This document shows positions 45,049 through 56,398 of a DNA stretch of 64,000 nt, piece after piece. How positions within the stretch are numbered: the stretch's first letter is position 1; every line of letters starts with the position of its first letter. Origin of the DNA: the human T2T-CHM13v2.0 reference genome, Homo sapiens. Below the pieces are notes generated by a model. That model worked only from the letters and a program-made list of their open reading frames with translations. It ran no database searches and was not told the origin of the DNA. Made by a program: the position numbers and the translations under genes. The stretch lies in assembly GCF_009914755.1 (NCBI RefSeq), contig NC_060927.1. One strand, written 5' to 3'.

Positions 45049-48000
45049 TCAATTTGGGCAAGTTGCTTCACCTCCCTGAGCTTCCTCATCCATGAAATGG
45101 GTATAATCATGCCCTGGCAGTGGTGTTGCCATGAGGACTGAATGAAGCGAGATGGGGGAGGGTGTCAGGTGGTGCCGAGCACAGTTCTCATCACTGCCAT
45201 CTCCTCCCAGTTCCGCTCCTTCCTCCAAGTCTCTTAATAAGGAAGGATGTAGTTTCCTTTTGAGCTACCCTCTTGGTTCCCCCACTCCTTCCCTCCTGTC
45301 AAGTAGAAAGGACATCTCCATGCCTGGATGGCCTAACACCTCCACCTGTGGATTCTGTCCCTGCCACCATCGTAAGGGCCTTCACTTCTTTTCCTCCTCT
45401 CTTATCCCCCATTCCCTCCTGTTTCTGAAATTTCTCCCTCTTTCCATCTCTTTCGGGTGAACTAGCCCAGTTACACCAACCTGAAAACAAAACAAATGTG
45501 GATCAAACAACCCTTGTACCCTGTGGCCCCTTTAGTTGCCACCACCTCTCCATAACTCATCAGAGCCAAACTTCCTGAAGGAGCCACGTGACTCATGGTC
45601 TCACCTCTCATCTGCCCCTGACCCAGTCTACTCTAAGACCAAACAGTGGCTCCTGACCTCCCCACTCCTGGTCCCAAGTCCTGCAGGCATTGCCCTGTCT
45701 CACTAGGCTGGCCTGCAGCGTTTGCAGGTCGGCTACTTGCCTGCTGGAGATGCCCCTCCCTCTGCCTTGAGGATACCCCTCCTTGGGTTGCTCCCCTGAC
45801 TTTCTGCCCACTCCTTCCCTGCTTCTCCAAGGGCTACTCCCTTCCTTTTGCTGCCTTGAGATGTTGGGGTTGTGGGGGCTTGGTCGCAGGCCCCATCTTT
45901 CCCCCTTCTTCAGGTCTCCCAGGATACCCCAAAGGCTGAGGGCTCAAGTATGAATCCTCTGTCTGCACGTCTTTTCTGGGTGGCATTCGGAGACCCAGTA
46001 GCCTCTGGGCATTGCAGCAACCTGAGTGTCTTGCCAACACCTCCAAATCATCTTATCTGAAAGAATGATTGGCCATGATCTCTTCCTCTATTCCAAGCAC
46101 CACTTCACTCTTGCTCAGCGAAAGACCCACCCTACCCATCCAAGGATCCATGCCGTGAGCCTGGTGTCAGCCTAGCCCTGGCTCTTCCTGCTGCTGGCTG
46201 CCCCAGGCAGTCCTCTTGTGCCTCTGCTGCTCTCCAGTCACCCATTCCTCTCCAGGACTATTGCCTTCCCTATTGCTTGCTCAAATGGAGGCAGACTCCT
46301 CTGCCCCACCCTGACCGTTCATTCCTCCCATGGCAGCTAGAGTGTTCTAAAACACACATCTGATGGGGACTCACCACTGTTGACCACTTCCCTAGGCTTC
46401 TGTCATCCACAGAAAGCAGCCACGGCCCCTCAGCAAGGCTCACAGTCTAGCCCCTGCTCCCCATGTGGCCGCCTCCTCACCCTACTTCTCACCCAGCCCT
46501 AGCTGCACTCACCTAGCCCACCATGCCCTTCTTTGGCCTCGTGGTGTTCTCCCCAGCCTCCTGGCTTTTGCCCTTGGGGGCCTTTCTCCTGCATATGCCC
46601 CCCACTTCTTTGCTAACTTTCCTTCTACCCTTCAGGACCCCCAACCCCACACTCTGATACTGATCTGCACAAGGGTCTCCTGCTATGCCTGGGAGCTTCC
46701 CCCACCTTTCTCTGTGCCCACCCTCTCCACATGCTGCTATTTCCTTATCTGTCTTCTCCACTAGACCACGGGCTCTTTAAAGACCCCCAGGCTTAGCTCT
46801 GTGTCTGGCACACTGATGACGCTTTCGTAAGTATTGTTTAAATAAATTACTAAATGCGTGAATGCCATGTTCCGTACAATCCTCTCTCCTAGTACACAAA
46901 GACATGTAAGGCAGCTTTGGGGTATGCATTTACCGTAGCTTTAATTTGTTAAGAAGGGAAAGTGGCAGGTGACGTTAGGGTTATGGAGGAATCAAGGCTG
47001 AAAGTGTGGGCTCTGGAGCCAGGATCCCTGGGCTCAAATCCAAGCTCTGTTTCTTGCTGAGGATGTGAGTTTGGGCAAGTTACTTCGCCTCTGTGCACCT
47101 CAGGTTCACTGTCGTTGAAATGGTGATGATAATTGTGCTCATCTCAAGGACTGTGGGGAGGGTTAGATGCATTCATACTTGAAAAGCCATTGAAGGTAGG
47201 TATCATTATTCCCATTTTACAGATGAGGAAGCTGAGACTCAGAGAGGTGATGCCGCTTCCCCGAGGTGGAGCAGCTGGTAAGGAGCAGGGCTGGGATTTG
47301 AGCAGCTTCTGGGTGGAAAGCTCCAGAAATACTCTACTATGGCCTGAAAAGGGTGCTTCATGAAGAATCTGCTTTAGGGCCTGGCACATAGTAGGTACAC
47401 ACTAAATATTACTTATGTAAATGGATCCCTCTGCAGAGCCCCATCTAGGCTTCAGCATTTCCCGCTCCCTGAACAGTGTCGGGGGAGGTCTGTCTCTGGG
47501 TCTTTTTTGGCCAGGGTGTTGGCAGCAAACTCTTCCTTATTCAGACCTTTCTTCTGTCCCAGCATTTCATGGGGGAGGCTCATTAAGAAAGCTTTTTCCC
47601 AGGAAGAGCTGTGCCTTCTCCAAGTCTCCGGAGTTGAGTGCCCCAGCCCCCATCCTCTCAAAGGCTGCCCTTGTGGGTTTCAAAACAACCCCACTGCCCT
47701 GCAGGCTGAGAATCTGGCCCCTGAGCCCCCTTTCCTTTGGAAACCAAAGGTCTGTTCCTAGTTAAAGTCAGCGTTGGTAAAACCTAAGGAAAATAATTTG
47801 AGGATGTTTTCAAATAGTGTCTGGTAGAACAAAAGAGCAATTCATCCTCCGTAGCTTTTAGTAATCTGCTTCCCATTCTGGGAATTAGATTGTTCAATTA
47901 AGCGAGAGGGTGCCGGAGCAGGCTGCATGACTCAAAAATTTGCAGCATCCACATTGTAGAAGAGAGGGGATCTGAGCCAGTTTGTACCTGGCGGGCCTGT

Positions 48001-48084
48001 CCCGCTTTCTCCCTCTGTCCCTAAGTGGGTTCCAGTTTTCAGGTCCCAGGTTCAGAAAACAACTACTTCAACAAGAAGGCACAT

Positions 48085-48150
48085 GTCTGTGTGTGTGTGT
48101 GCGTGTGTGTGTGTATGTGCATGTGTGCATGTGCATACGCGTGCATACAC
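48085..48150. repeat. Degenerate (TG)n/(TGCA)n alternating purine-pyrimidine tract
   Basis: Seen directly. Confidence 0.85.
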
Positions 48151-49829
48151 CCTGGCTCAGTAGGGACCTCGTGTGTTCCTCCAGTGACAAGCTAAGCATC
48201 TGGAGTGGGCTGGTGCAGAGTACACCTGGGCTGTTTCCGTCAGCAGCAGCCCAGATTCCTTCCAGCTCTGGGTTGTCCCTTATAGTTCACCAGCTGATGG
48301 GCATTGGGGATGCTTTTGGTGGCCGTGTGTAAGGCAGGGTAAGCCCACAGGGCTCTTAATCTGGGCAAAGGAGAGCCAGTAGGTACCCTAAAATTCCTGC
48401 AGCATTTTGGGAGCCGGTGTATTTCTCTGGGGAGAAAGTCCATCCCTTCGGTAACTTCTCAAGGGATCCATGACTTCCTCCCTCAAACCCCTCTCCTCCC
48501 TCCCTCCAAAACACAAGTTTAAAAATGATTCAGGTGGCATTTGTAGATCACTCCTTCATTACCAAGAAACTCTACTTCTGTGGTGCTCAAGCCTTACTGT
48601 GTATGAGAACTCCTTGGGGAAATCACAAAGTGCAGCTCCTTGGGAGCCACTTTGCAAAGGTTGGGACCCAGTGGGTCTGGTGGGGGTGCAGAAAGTTTTG
48701 TGTTTCTGGCAGGTGCCCAGGGATCATGCTCTGGGACATGCTATTCTATTATACTCATAGATTCTCTTAAAGGCCTCATTTAATAAGGCCTGTAGTTTTA
48801 AAATGAATTAAAGCCAAAGACTGCTAAGACATAGGAAGCAAATAAAATGACAGTTGTTACTATAATTAAATGGCTGCCTCCTTTCTTTCATAAATAACTT
48901 GGACCTTTTTTTGGTCCACCTTATCCTAGTAGAGAGCAAGGGCCATATGATGCTTACCTTTTTTTATCCTAGGCTCTAACATAGTGCCTGGTGCCTAGTA
49001 GGTGCTCAGTAAATGTGTATTGTATTTAAGTGGATGTTCCCACTTCTCCTGGCTATGGGTGTGAGAGCTGATTTCCTTTTGAGTAAATCTATGGCTGCAC
49101 ACAGTCTGATTTTGTTTGGGGACCTGCCTGATTTCTCTGGCGGGGCTGGGGCTGGAGGGAGCCTGTAGATGAGTGCTAATTGGTGTCATTGAGTAATTAA
49201 TGCAGAATCAGGCCCCAAGCGGATTCCCAGGGAGACAGACACTGAGGGTGGCTTTCATGCTTGGTGGGATGGGAGCTCCTTTCTCAAAGGACGTTCACAG
49301 AGTGCCGAAGCGACTGGCATGGTCTGATGGGGGTTGGTTTGGCAGCCAGAATGGGGTTCGTGGAACAAGCTTGGAGAGGGGGTTTGTGTTGGTGCCATAG
49401 TTCTGCACAATATGGAGCGTGGCGAGTTTGACTTTAAAGGAACACAAACCCCAAGCGTGGGTTCTGAGAGCCAGGCCTGCGTCAACTCTGAAGAATTGGT
49501 GGGTTCTGAGGGAAGTGAGCCTAGTGGCATTAGCTTAGCTCACCCGGAGTCCTCCCTGTCCTGTGGCCTGGGCCCTCTGGGAAGCCTCTACACTTTGGCA
49601 TGATAGTCAAGGCTCCCTGTGTTACTGCCTCTGCTTACCTTTCCTGCTTTTTCCTTCTGATCCCTGCCTCCCAGCTTGCTGTTCCCAAAGCACACCATCC
49701 TCTACTTCTGGCCATGCCGTTCCTTCCACCTAAAACCGTCTCCACTTCCTTCTTCTTCTGACCAAATTCCACTTATCTTTCACAATTTGACTCACATATC
49801 ACTTCTTCCAGGAAGCTCTCCCTGACCCC

Positions 49830-50180
49830 CTGTAGCAGTCAGGATAGGTTGGGTTATGCTGCAGTAATAAATGTCCCCAAAGAGCTCAGCAGCTTCAAGC
49901 AACAAAGTTTATTTCCTGCTCAGACTGTGTCTCTGACACAGTGGCAGGTGGTCACTCAGGAACTCAGGCTTTTCAAGGCTCTGTCTTGACACAGGCTTCC
50001 ATAATGACAGGAGAGTTAGGGAGAAGAGACGATGGAGAACCATGCCACCAGTTTCTGGAAGCTTCTATCTGAAATGACACCTGTTGGCCAAACAATGTTC
50101 AAAGCAAGTCCAATGGCCCCCCTCAAGTTTGGCAGGGCAGGATGTATGGGCTCCCTTCAGGGAGGAACATAGGATGTTTA
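49830..50180. mobile_element. MLT1 (K/L-like) MaLR LTR remnant upstream of exon 5
   Basis: GTCAGGATAGGTTGGGTTATGCTGCAGTAA…ACAAAGTTTATTTC…TTGGCCAAA…GCAAGTC. Confidence 0.6.
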
Positions 50181-50497
50181 TGACTGGTAATATGATCTCC
50201 TGGGAACTCCAAGGTAGGCTGGGTGCATCCTCCATCGGAGCCCTTTCCACGCTGTTCTTGTACTACATCTGCAGACTTGCCTATCTTTTCCCCCAGAGAG
50301 TGAATTCATGATCCAAGGTCCAGAGGGCTGGGTCTTGTTCCTCTTGGAGGCCCCAAGTCCTCCCCAGAGGAGACATTTGGCCCACGGTGGACGTGGGTGA
50401 ATGAGCACATGGGCCCATCCCTGCTCCTCTGCAGTACTAGCTTTGCTGAAAATGGGCCAGCCCCAGCCCCAGTGACTCTCCACCCTCCCTTCTGCAG

Positions 50498-50630
50498 GCA
50501 CCGGGTCCTGGCCATCTCTGACGGGATCGAGCACATCGGGAACCTTCGCTGGGAGCTGGCCTTGTGTCTCTTGGCAGCCTGGACCATCTGTTACTTCTGT
50601 ATCTGGAAGGGGACCAAGTCTACAGGAAAG
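50498..50630 (+). CDS. SLC6A11: SLC6A11 coding exon 5 (end of EL2, TM4)
   Basis: Acceptor ccttctgcAG at 50496-50497. Encodes (E)[44 protein letters not shown], part of ORF 50397..50657. Donor AAG|GTAAGA. 133 nt; cumulative CDS is 756 nt, or 252 codons. Confidence 0.97.
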
Positions 50631-53600
50631 GTAAGAGGTCGATCTTCAAGCAGCTAACCGTGGCAGGGGAAGGCACGAGCTCACAGATGACCTAGAGAGT
50701 AACAGGGAGTTCATGTTGCAGAGGCCAGCACTTAAGTTGGGAGCGGGGAGGAACACTGGACCAGAGTGAGCTCTACCCACCCTCACCACTTATTGGCCGC
50801 CCACCTCAGGACAGTTCAGTTTTATCTTCTGAGCCTCAGTGTACGTGACTATGAGATAATAAAGCCTTGCCCTGTCTGTCTTATTGAGTTGAGAGTTATA
50901 CAAGGTAAGGGGGTTAAAGTGCTTTGAAAACTGGGAAATGCTGAACTACTACAAGGGTTCTTTGGTAATGAAGACAGGGTTCTAGGTGTGTGTGAGGGCA
51001 GGTGATGCTGGCTGCCTCCACTGACAGACCCCAAGATCTCAGGGGTGTATTTCTCCCTCACCTGGAGTCTGGAGGGAAGAGCAGCTGCTTCATCTTGCAG
51101 CCTTGCTGTGCCACCTGTACCATGCAGCCTCCAGGGTTGCTGCCTCACCAGGGAAGAGAAACTGGAGGAGGCTAGCTTTTAACTGCCATGGCCTGGGAGT
51201 TACACATGGCTCTTCCACTCACAGGCTGTTGGCCAGAACCTGAGACACGGTGTCACCTACTGCACAGGGGCTGGGAAGTAGAGGGGACCATGGGGACATC
51301 TGGGGAGTGAGCATGCTGTGCACTGCAAGGATCAGTACAGAGGTTAGAAACATGCAGCTTGTGGCCAAGTCCAACTCACTTCTGTGTTTACTTTCAAAAG
51401 GCGGAGAGGGGAAGAATTCGTTGACAACATTTAGAAATCAGGAGATTTCATGTGGTAAAAAGAAATCTGATTCTGGCATCCCTTGGAAAGTAAGATTTGG
51501 CAACCCTGGACTTGCCTGCCCACACAGTGGCATGTGTTTGAACTGAGCAGCTGCCATCTCCTTCCAGGGGGCTCTGGTTGGCCACAGTCCCCACCATTCC
51601 ATATCACCCCCAATCCTGTGGCTGAGTATCAATGCCAATGGTTTCCTCATTTTGCTGTTCATCTTTTTCTTACGAAAAAGAGGGAAATGAAGCGTCTCTC
51701 ATGCCTGGGTTGCACTGACCACATCCCTCCTTGCCAGCCTCCTTCCCATAGGCAGTTGCTCATAAACTCTAAGTTCTTGGCTGGGGCAGCTGCTGGAGAT
51801 AAAACCTCCAAGGAAACAGGAACTTAACAACTCTGGGCCCTTTTCCAAAAGATGTTCCCCTCAGCTCCCACAATGGTGGGTAGGATGAAGAAGAAACTGC
51901 TAGAAAGTTTGAGGTGGGCGGATCTGCAGGAAGGAAGCCAAGGTGCTCCATGCTACGGGCTATCTGGAAGCTGAGGGTGCACTTAAAACAGCCACACAGA
52001 TGCAGAGGGACCACAGAAAGTAGAGCAGAGACTCTCATGTTCCTTCAGCCAAGGTGATTTTGCTTATATTTGCTTTTTGTAGTTTGTATCATGAAGACAA
52101 TAGGATTTTTCTTTTTCCAACTATAAAATTGTGTCATTATTGATCTACTTCTTCAGACTCCACTCACAGTCTCCCATCCTCCTCCTTGCTGCCTCTTCCA
52201 GGAAAAAAGCTGGAGGTAATAAGAGCAAGGATTCAAACCCCAGGTCTGTCACTCTCTAGTCATGACCTTGGGCATGTTGCTCAACTTCTCTGAGCCTCAC
52301 TTTCCTCTTCTGTAAGACAGGATTGATAAGTGAGCTTACCACCACATGGGGTGGTTGTGAGGATGAAATGCAAGGAGAGTTGAGTATGGTCCATGCTCAG
52401 CAGAGTGAGTAAGTAATAGTGAATGCTGAGTAAGTGGCAATTTTTAAAAATCTCATTATAAAGATAATTCAAGTCATTGTTTCTGAGTATTTACTATATA
52501 CTTAGCATTATTCAATGGGTTTCTAAAGATGAGTAAAACACAGCCTCTTCCCTACCCAGACAATACATGAAAGTGCTTTGTGAACTGTGAAGAGAAGGGA
52601 GGAAGTTTCATGGTTGGTATTATTACTACTTTTGCTGTGGTTACCACCTCATGGGAGTTGACACAGAGGCCTGTGGGGCTTGGCGGGGTGGTGGCTGTGC
52701 ATGGGTGCAGGAGAGGTTGCCTGCACAAGGTTTGTGTATGGACATGCTTAGGCTATTCCGGGACCTCATATGGCCTTGAGCTGCAGGCTCCAGGCTGTGG
52801 GCTACAGCAGTGCGGTTTCACTTTAGCCATAAGGAGAAGACTCAGTCCCTTAGTGAGGCCCTTTGCTGCTGACTGGGCGATTAAGTCTGAGCGTTGGAGA
52901 ATTCTAATGCAGGAACTGAGTTTGAGGAAGGGCAGACAGCTATGATCTTGGAGATTTCACAAGAGGCTTATGGGGAAGGCAAGGGAGTGAACACTTATCC
53001 ACTGCCTTCCACTCCCCGGCAACTTGCAAGTGCTGCAGATCCTTACAATCTGGGGAGCCGCTGCCTCTACCTTACCAGTGGAGAACCTGGGGCTAAGGGA
53101 GGGCGGGCAGCCTGGCCATAGTTGCATAGTGACCCTGCCTCAACACTGACCCCAGGCTACTCCCTCCTTGCCTCTCCCTGGACTCTCGATTAAGATGTAG
53201 AACATTGTGTTGTTTTGAGTGGTGTCCTTTCACACATCTTCCCTGAACCTCCTTTTTCTCGTCTCTGGTAGAAGTGGTAGTGATGGCAGTATGATAATTA
53301 TCAGTAGTAATGGTTAATATTTATGAGTGGTTCCTTTGTGCTTCACATGCCTGCTCCATTTAGGCTTTGAACAGCCCCATGAGATGGGGGCTATCATTAT
53401 CTCCATTTTAGAGATGAGGAAACTGAGGCATGGAGGGATACAATAATTTGCTCAAGGACCCTCCGGTGGGAAGCAGAAGATTGGGATTAACTTCCAGCAT
53501 TGGGGACCATACAGTCTATGTCCTGGATAGGCTACTGTCATACCTGTCATCTGCGATGTGGGGACTATGGCGATTTTCTTATGGACTGGTTATAAAGAGG

Positions 53601-56169
53601 TATTTAATGAGATAGCACATAGTAGGTGCTCAATGATTATTGGTTGCAGCTCTTTCTAAACAGTACTTTTAAGGGAAATGCTGAAACCAGATGAGCCAAT
53701 TAAGTATTTTCCTGAAGACTGGGTTTCTCCTCCATGTGTCCTGTGCCTAAGGCCAGCATTAGTGTCTTGGATGGGATGCGGTTTGCTGGAGCTGTAAGAA
53801 TCCTTAGAAATGGTTTGGTCTGCCTCTGCCCTTATTTTATGGATGAAGAAACTGAGGCTCAGAGAGTGGAAGAGCCTTGCCCGAGGTCACATAATGAATA
53901 AATGTCAGGCCAGGAGTGAGAGCCTGGTCCCCAGTTTCCCAGCTCGTTATTAATGATGAGGTTCTGTGGGGGCACATCCGGCAGTTTAGAGAAACCCGAA
54001 GTCCGTGGATTGATAGGTAAGCTTTTCAGGGGAGGATCTGGCACTTTTGTTCCTGGTTATGACTTGCTTCACTTTGGAGACGAGCCCAGCATCCAAAGGT
54101 TTTTTGGAGTTCTGTACAAAAACAGCAAAAAATAAAACATCAGGTCATTTGAAACTTCCCACGTGGGCAGAGGTCACCCCTGCCCCTGGCCTGTGGGACC
54201 CTAGCCAGATCCTTTTTCACAAGGCTGTTCGAGTAGGAAGAAACCCATCTCCCAGCTATTGTCCAGCTGCAACTGGCTTTGTGTTCCCTCTTCATCTCTT
54301 CCCTGAAGTTCCAGCTTGCTGCCCATACTCAAGCCTCAGCACAAATTTCCATTTATAATAAATGTTCGTTAATTCAAGAAAAAGTCCCCAGACCCTTCCT
54401 ATCTCCAAGGAATATTAAAACAATATCCCCAACTTTAAGTCAATTTAGTGAGCATTTCACCTGTTCAGGGAGGCAGACACTGTAGACCTGGCCTTTCATC
54501 AGTAGACCTGGCCTGCATCTGCCATGTGGGGACTATGGCGATTTTCTAAGTGAGGATTTGAGATCAGGTCACGAATAAGTTGATCCCAAATGGGGCTATA
54601 AGAACACCAGAGGTGAAGTCCAGGAAGCGCTGGCATTAGCATCTCCTTGCTGGGACAACATTCATACATGTTCTTCTCCACAAACCCCCTTGGGCACCTC
54701 CCAGTATGCCTCACAACCTTTTGATGCTAGGCATGTGGGATTTTCCCCAACCCCAGGGTCTGATGAGCAATCTGTATGCTCAGAAGCAGCTATTCTGAGC
54801 TGGAGGGAGATTCCCTACACCCCAGCTTCAGTAGGTAGCAAGATGCCTGCCACTAACTGTTGCTTAATAGACATTTGTGGAATCAGTGAATTCCCCCTGT
54901 GCTTTGGGCTCCTTGGGAGGTGCCGGGGATACACCAGAGAGACACTGGACAGCCTTGTCTCCGCAGAGCATGCGACCTGCTAAGGTGAGGTTCAGACAAG
55001 TAAGCAGTTTAACTCTGAGTATTAGCTCCAGCATTAAAAAATACAACTTGGGGATTCTCATGGCTGAGAATATTAGAATGGCTCCAGAATATTAGAATGT
55101 AGCCTGTCAGAGTTGGGAGGCATCTTGGTTTTGAGGACCAAATTTATTTTACAAATAAGGCCCAGAGAGGTTGCAAGATTTGTCCAAAGCTACCCACTTG
55201 GAAGGAGCCAAGCTGGAATTCAGACCCAGGCTGCCTTCCTTCAGCCCAGTCTTCATCTGTTCTGTATCTCCAGCTTGGAGTTACTGTGCAGATTGAACAC
55301 AAATGCATTGATCATAGTTCTGAGCTCACAGTAGGTGCTCATTAAGCAGTTTATCTCCCCGTTCCAATAAAATAGCTGCAGTTTTAGTTCTTCATAGATA
55401 TTTTCCCTCACTCTAGACACTATTGGAAATTTCAGAAATCTCCTATGGAAAAAAAAGCCTTTCTCAATTGTATATTAAGTCCTGAGAAAACACAGGATTC
55501 TAAAGTGCTTGCTTTCTTCAGGAGATAACTTCCAGACAGTATCTTCTGGATGATACAAAGTTTCACTTTGGATAATTGGAATGGGGATAATTGAAATTAA
55601 GTGACCAGAAAGTAGAGACGTCTTTGTGATTTTCCTATGTCATTGTTTTTTTTCATCAACTGAATCCATCTTGCCCATCCCTGTCACCAGCTCCTTCTCC
55701 TGGTCTCCTGGGCCTGAAACCACTCAGCCATGTTGGATACCTCTCATCCAATTATTGACCAAGTCTGTTTTTGTTTAAAAAGAAAAATACCAAAAACATC
55801 CTGTCCTCTCCATTTTTGTTTCCCACGCACATATTCAAGAAACATTGAACCTTCATTAGCTCCCTAGCACCTCCAGAATGAAAATTGCCCTTAGAATTTC
55901 CCATTTGTACAAACATTGCAGACATGCAGAATGATACAACTGAAATGCTTTATATTCTATGAAACAACAATTTCACATAAATTCAAAATTGTAAATTCTA
56001 TCTTAGGCCAAAGCATGTACAGCAATATTAGGGTTTTGTGATATTTTTCTAGTATCTCTGTGCATACTTGTTGAAGCCAAAAAAAAAAAAAAAAAAAAAA
56101 AAAACGAAAAAAAACCCTTTTCGTTACTGTGTGTCCTTCTCTTGTGGTTTTGGTAGGCCTTAATCCAAT

Positions 56170-56398
56170 CCAGGGATTGGCCAACTGTGGTTTTAGGGCC
56201 AAATCCAGTCTGCTGCTTGCTTTTGTAAATAAAGTTTTAATGGAACACAGCCACATCCATTCACCCATATATTATCCCTGGATGTTTTTGTGCTTCTACG
56301 GAAGCAATGTGGAGTCATTGCAGTAGAGACTATGTGACCCATAAAACCTAATATATCCGTGACCTGGTCCTTTATAGACAAAATTTGTGGACTGATGG
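56170..56398. mobile_element. MER58A-like hAT MITE
   Basis: CAGGGATTGGCCAACT…GGCCAAATCCAG…TTTTGTAAATAAAGTTTTAATGGAACACAGCCAC. Confidence 0.85.

Noticed and set aside
55480-55525. Possible miRNA-like hairpin containing AAAGTGCTT
   Set aside because: Manual pairing gives a short, bulged stem far below pre-miRNA length; the seed-like word is expected by chance.
56079-56104. Isolated A26 tract as a processed-pseudogene tail
   Set aside because: No upstream coding remnant, adjacent AATAAA or convincing TSD; treated as a simple repeat.
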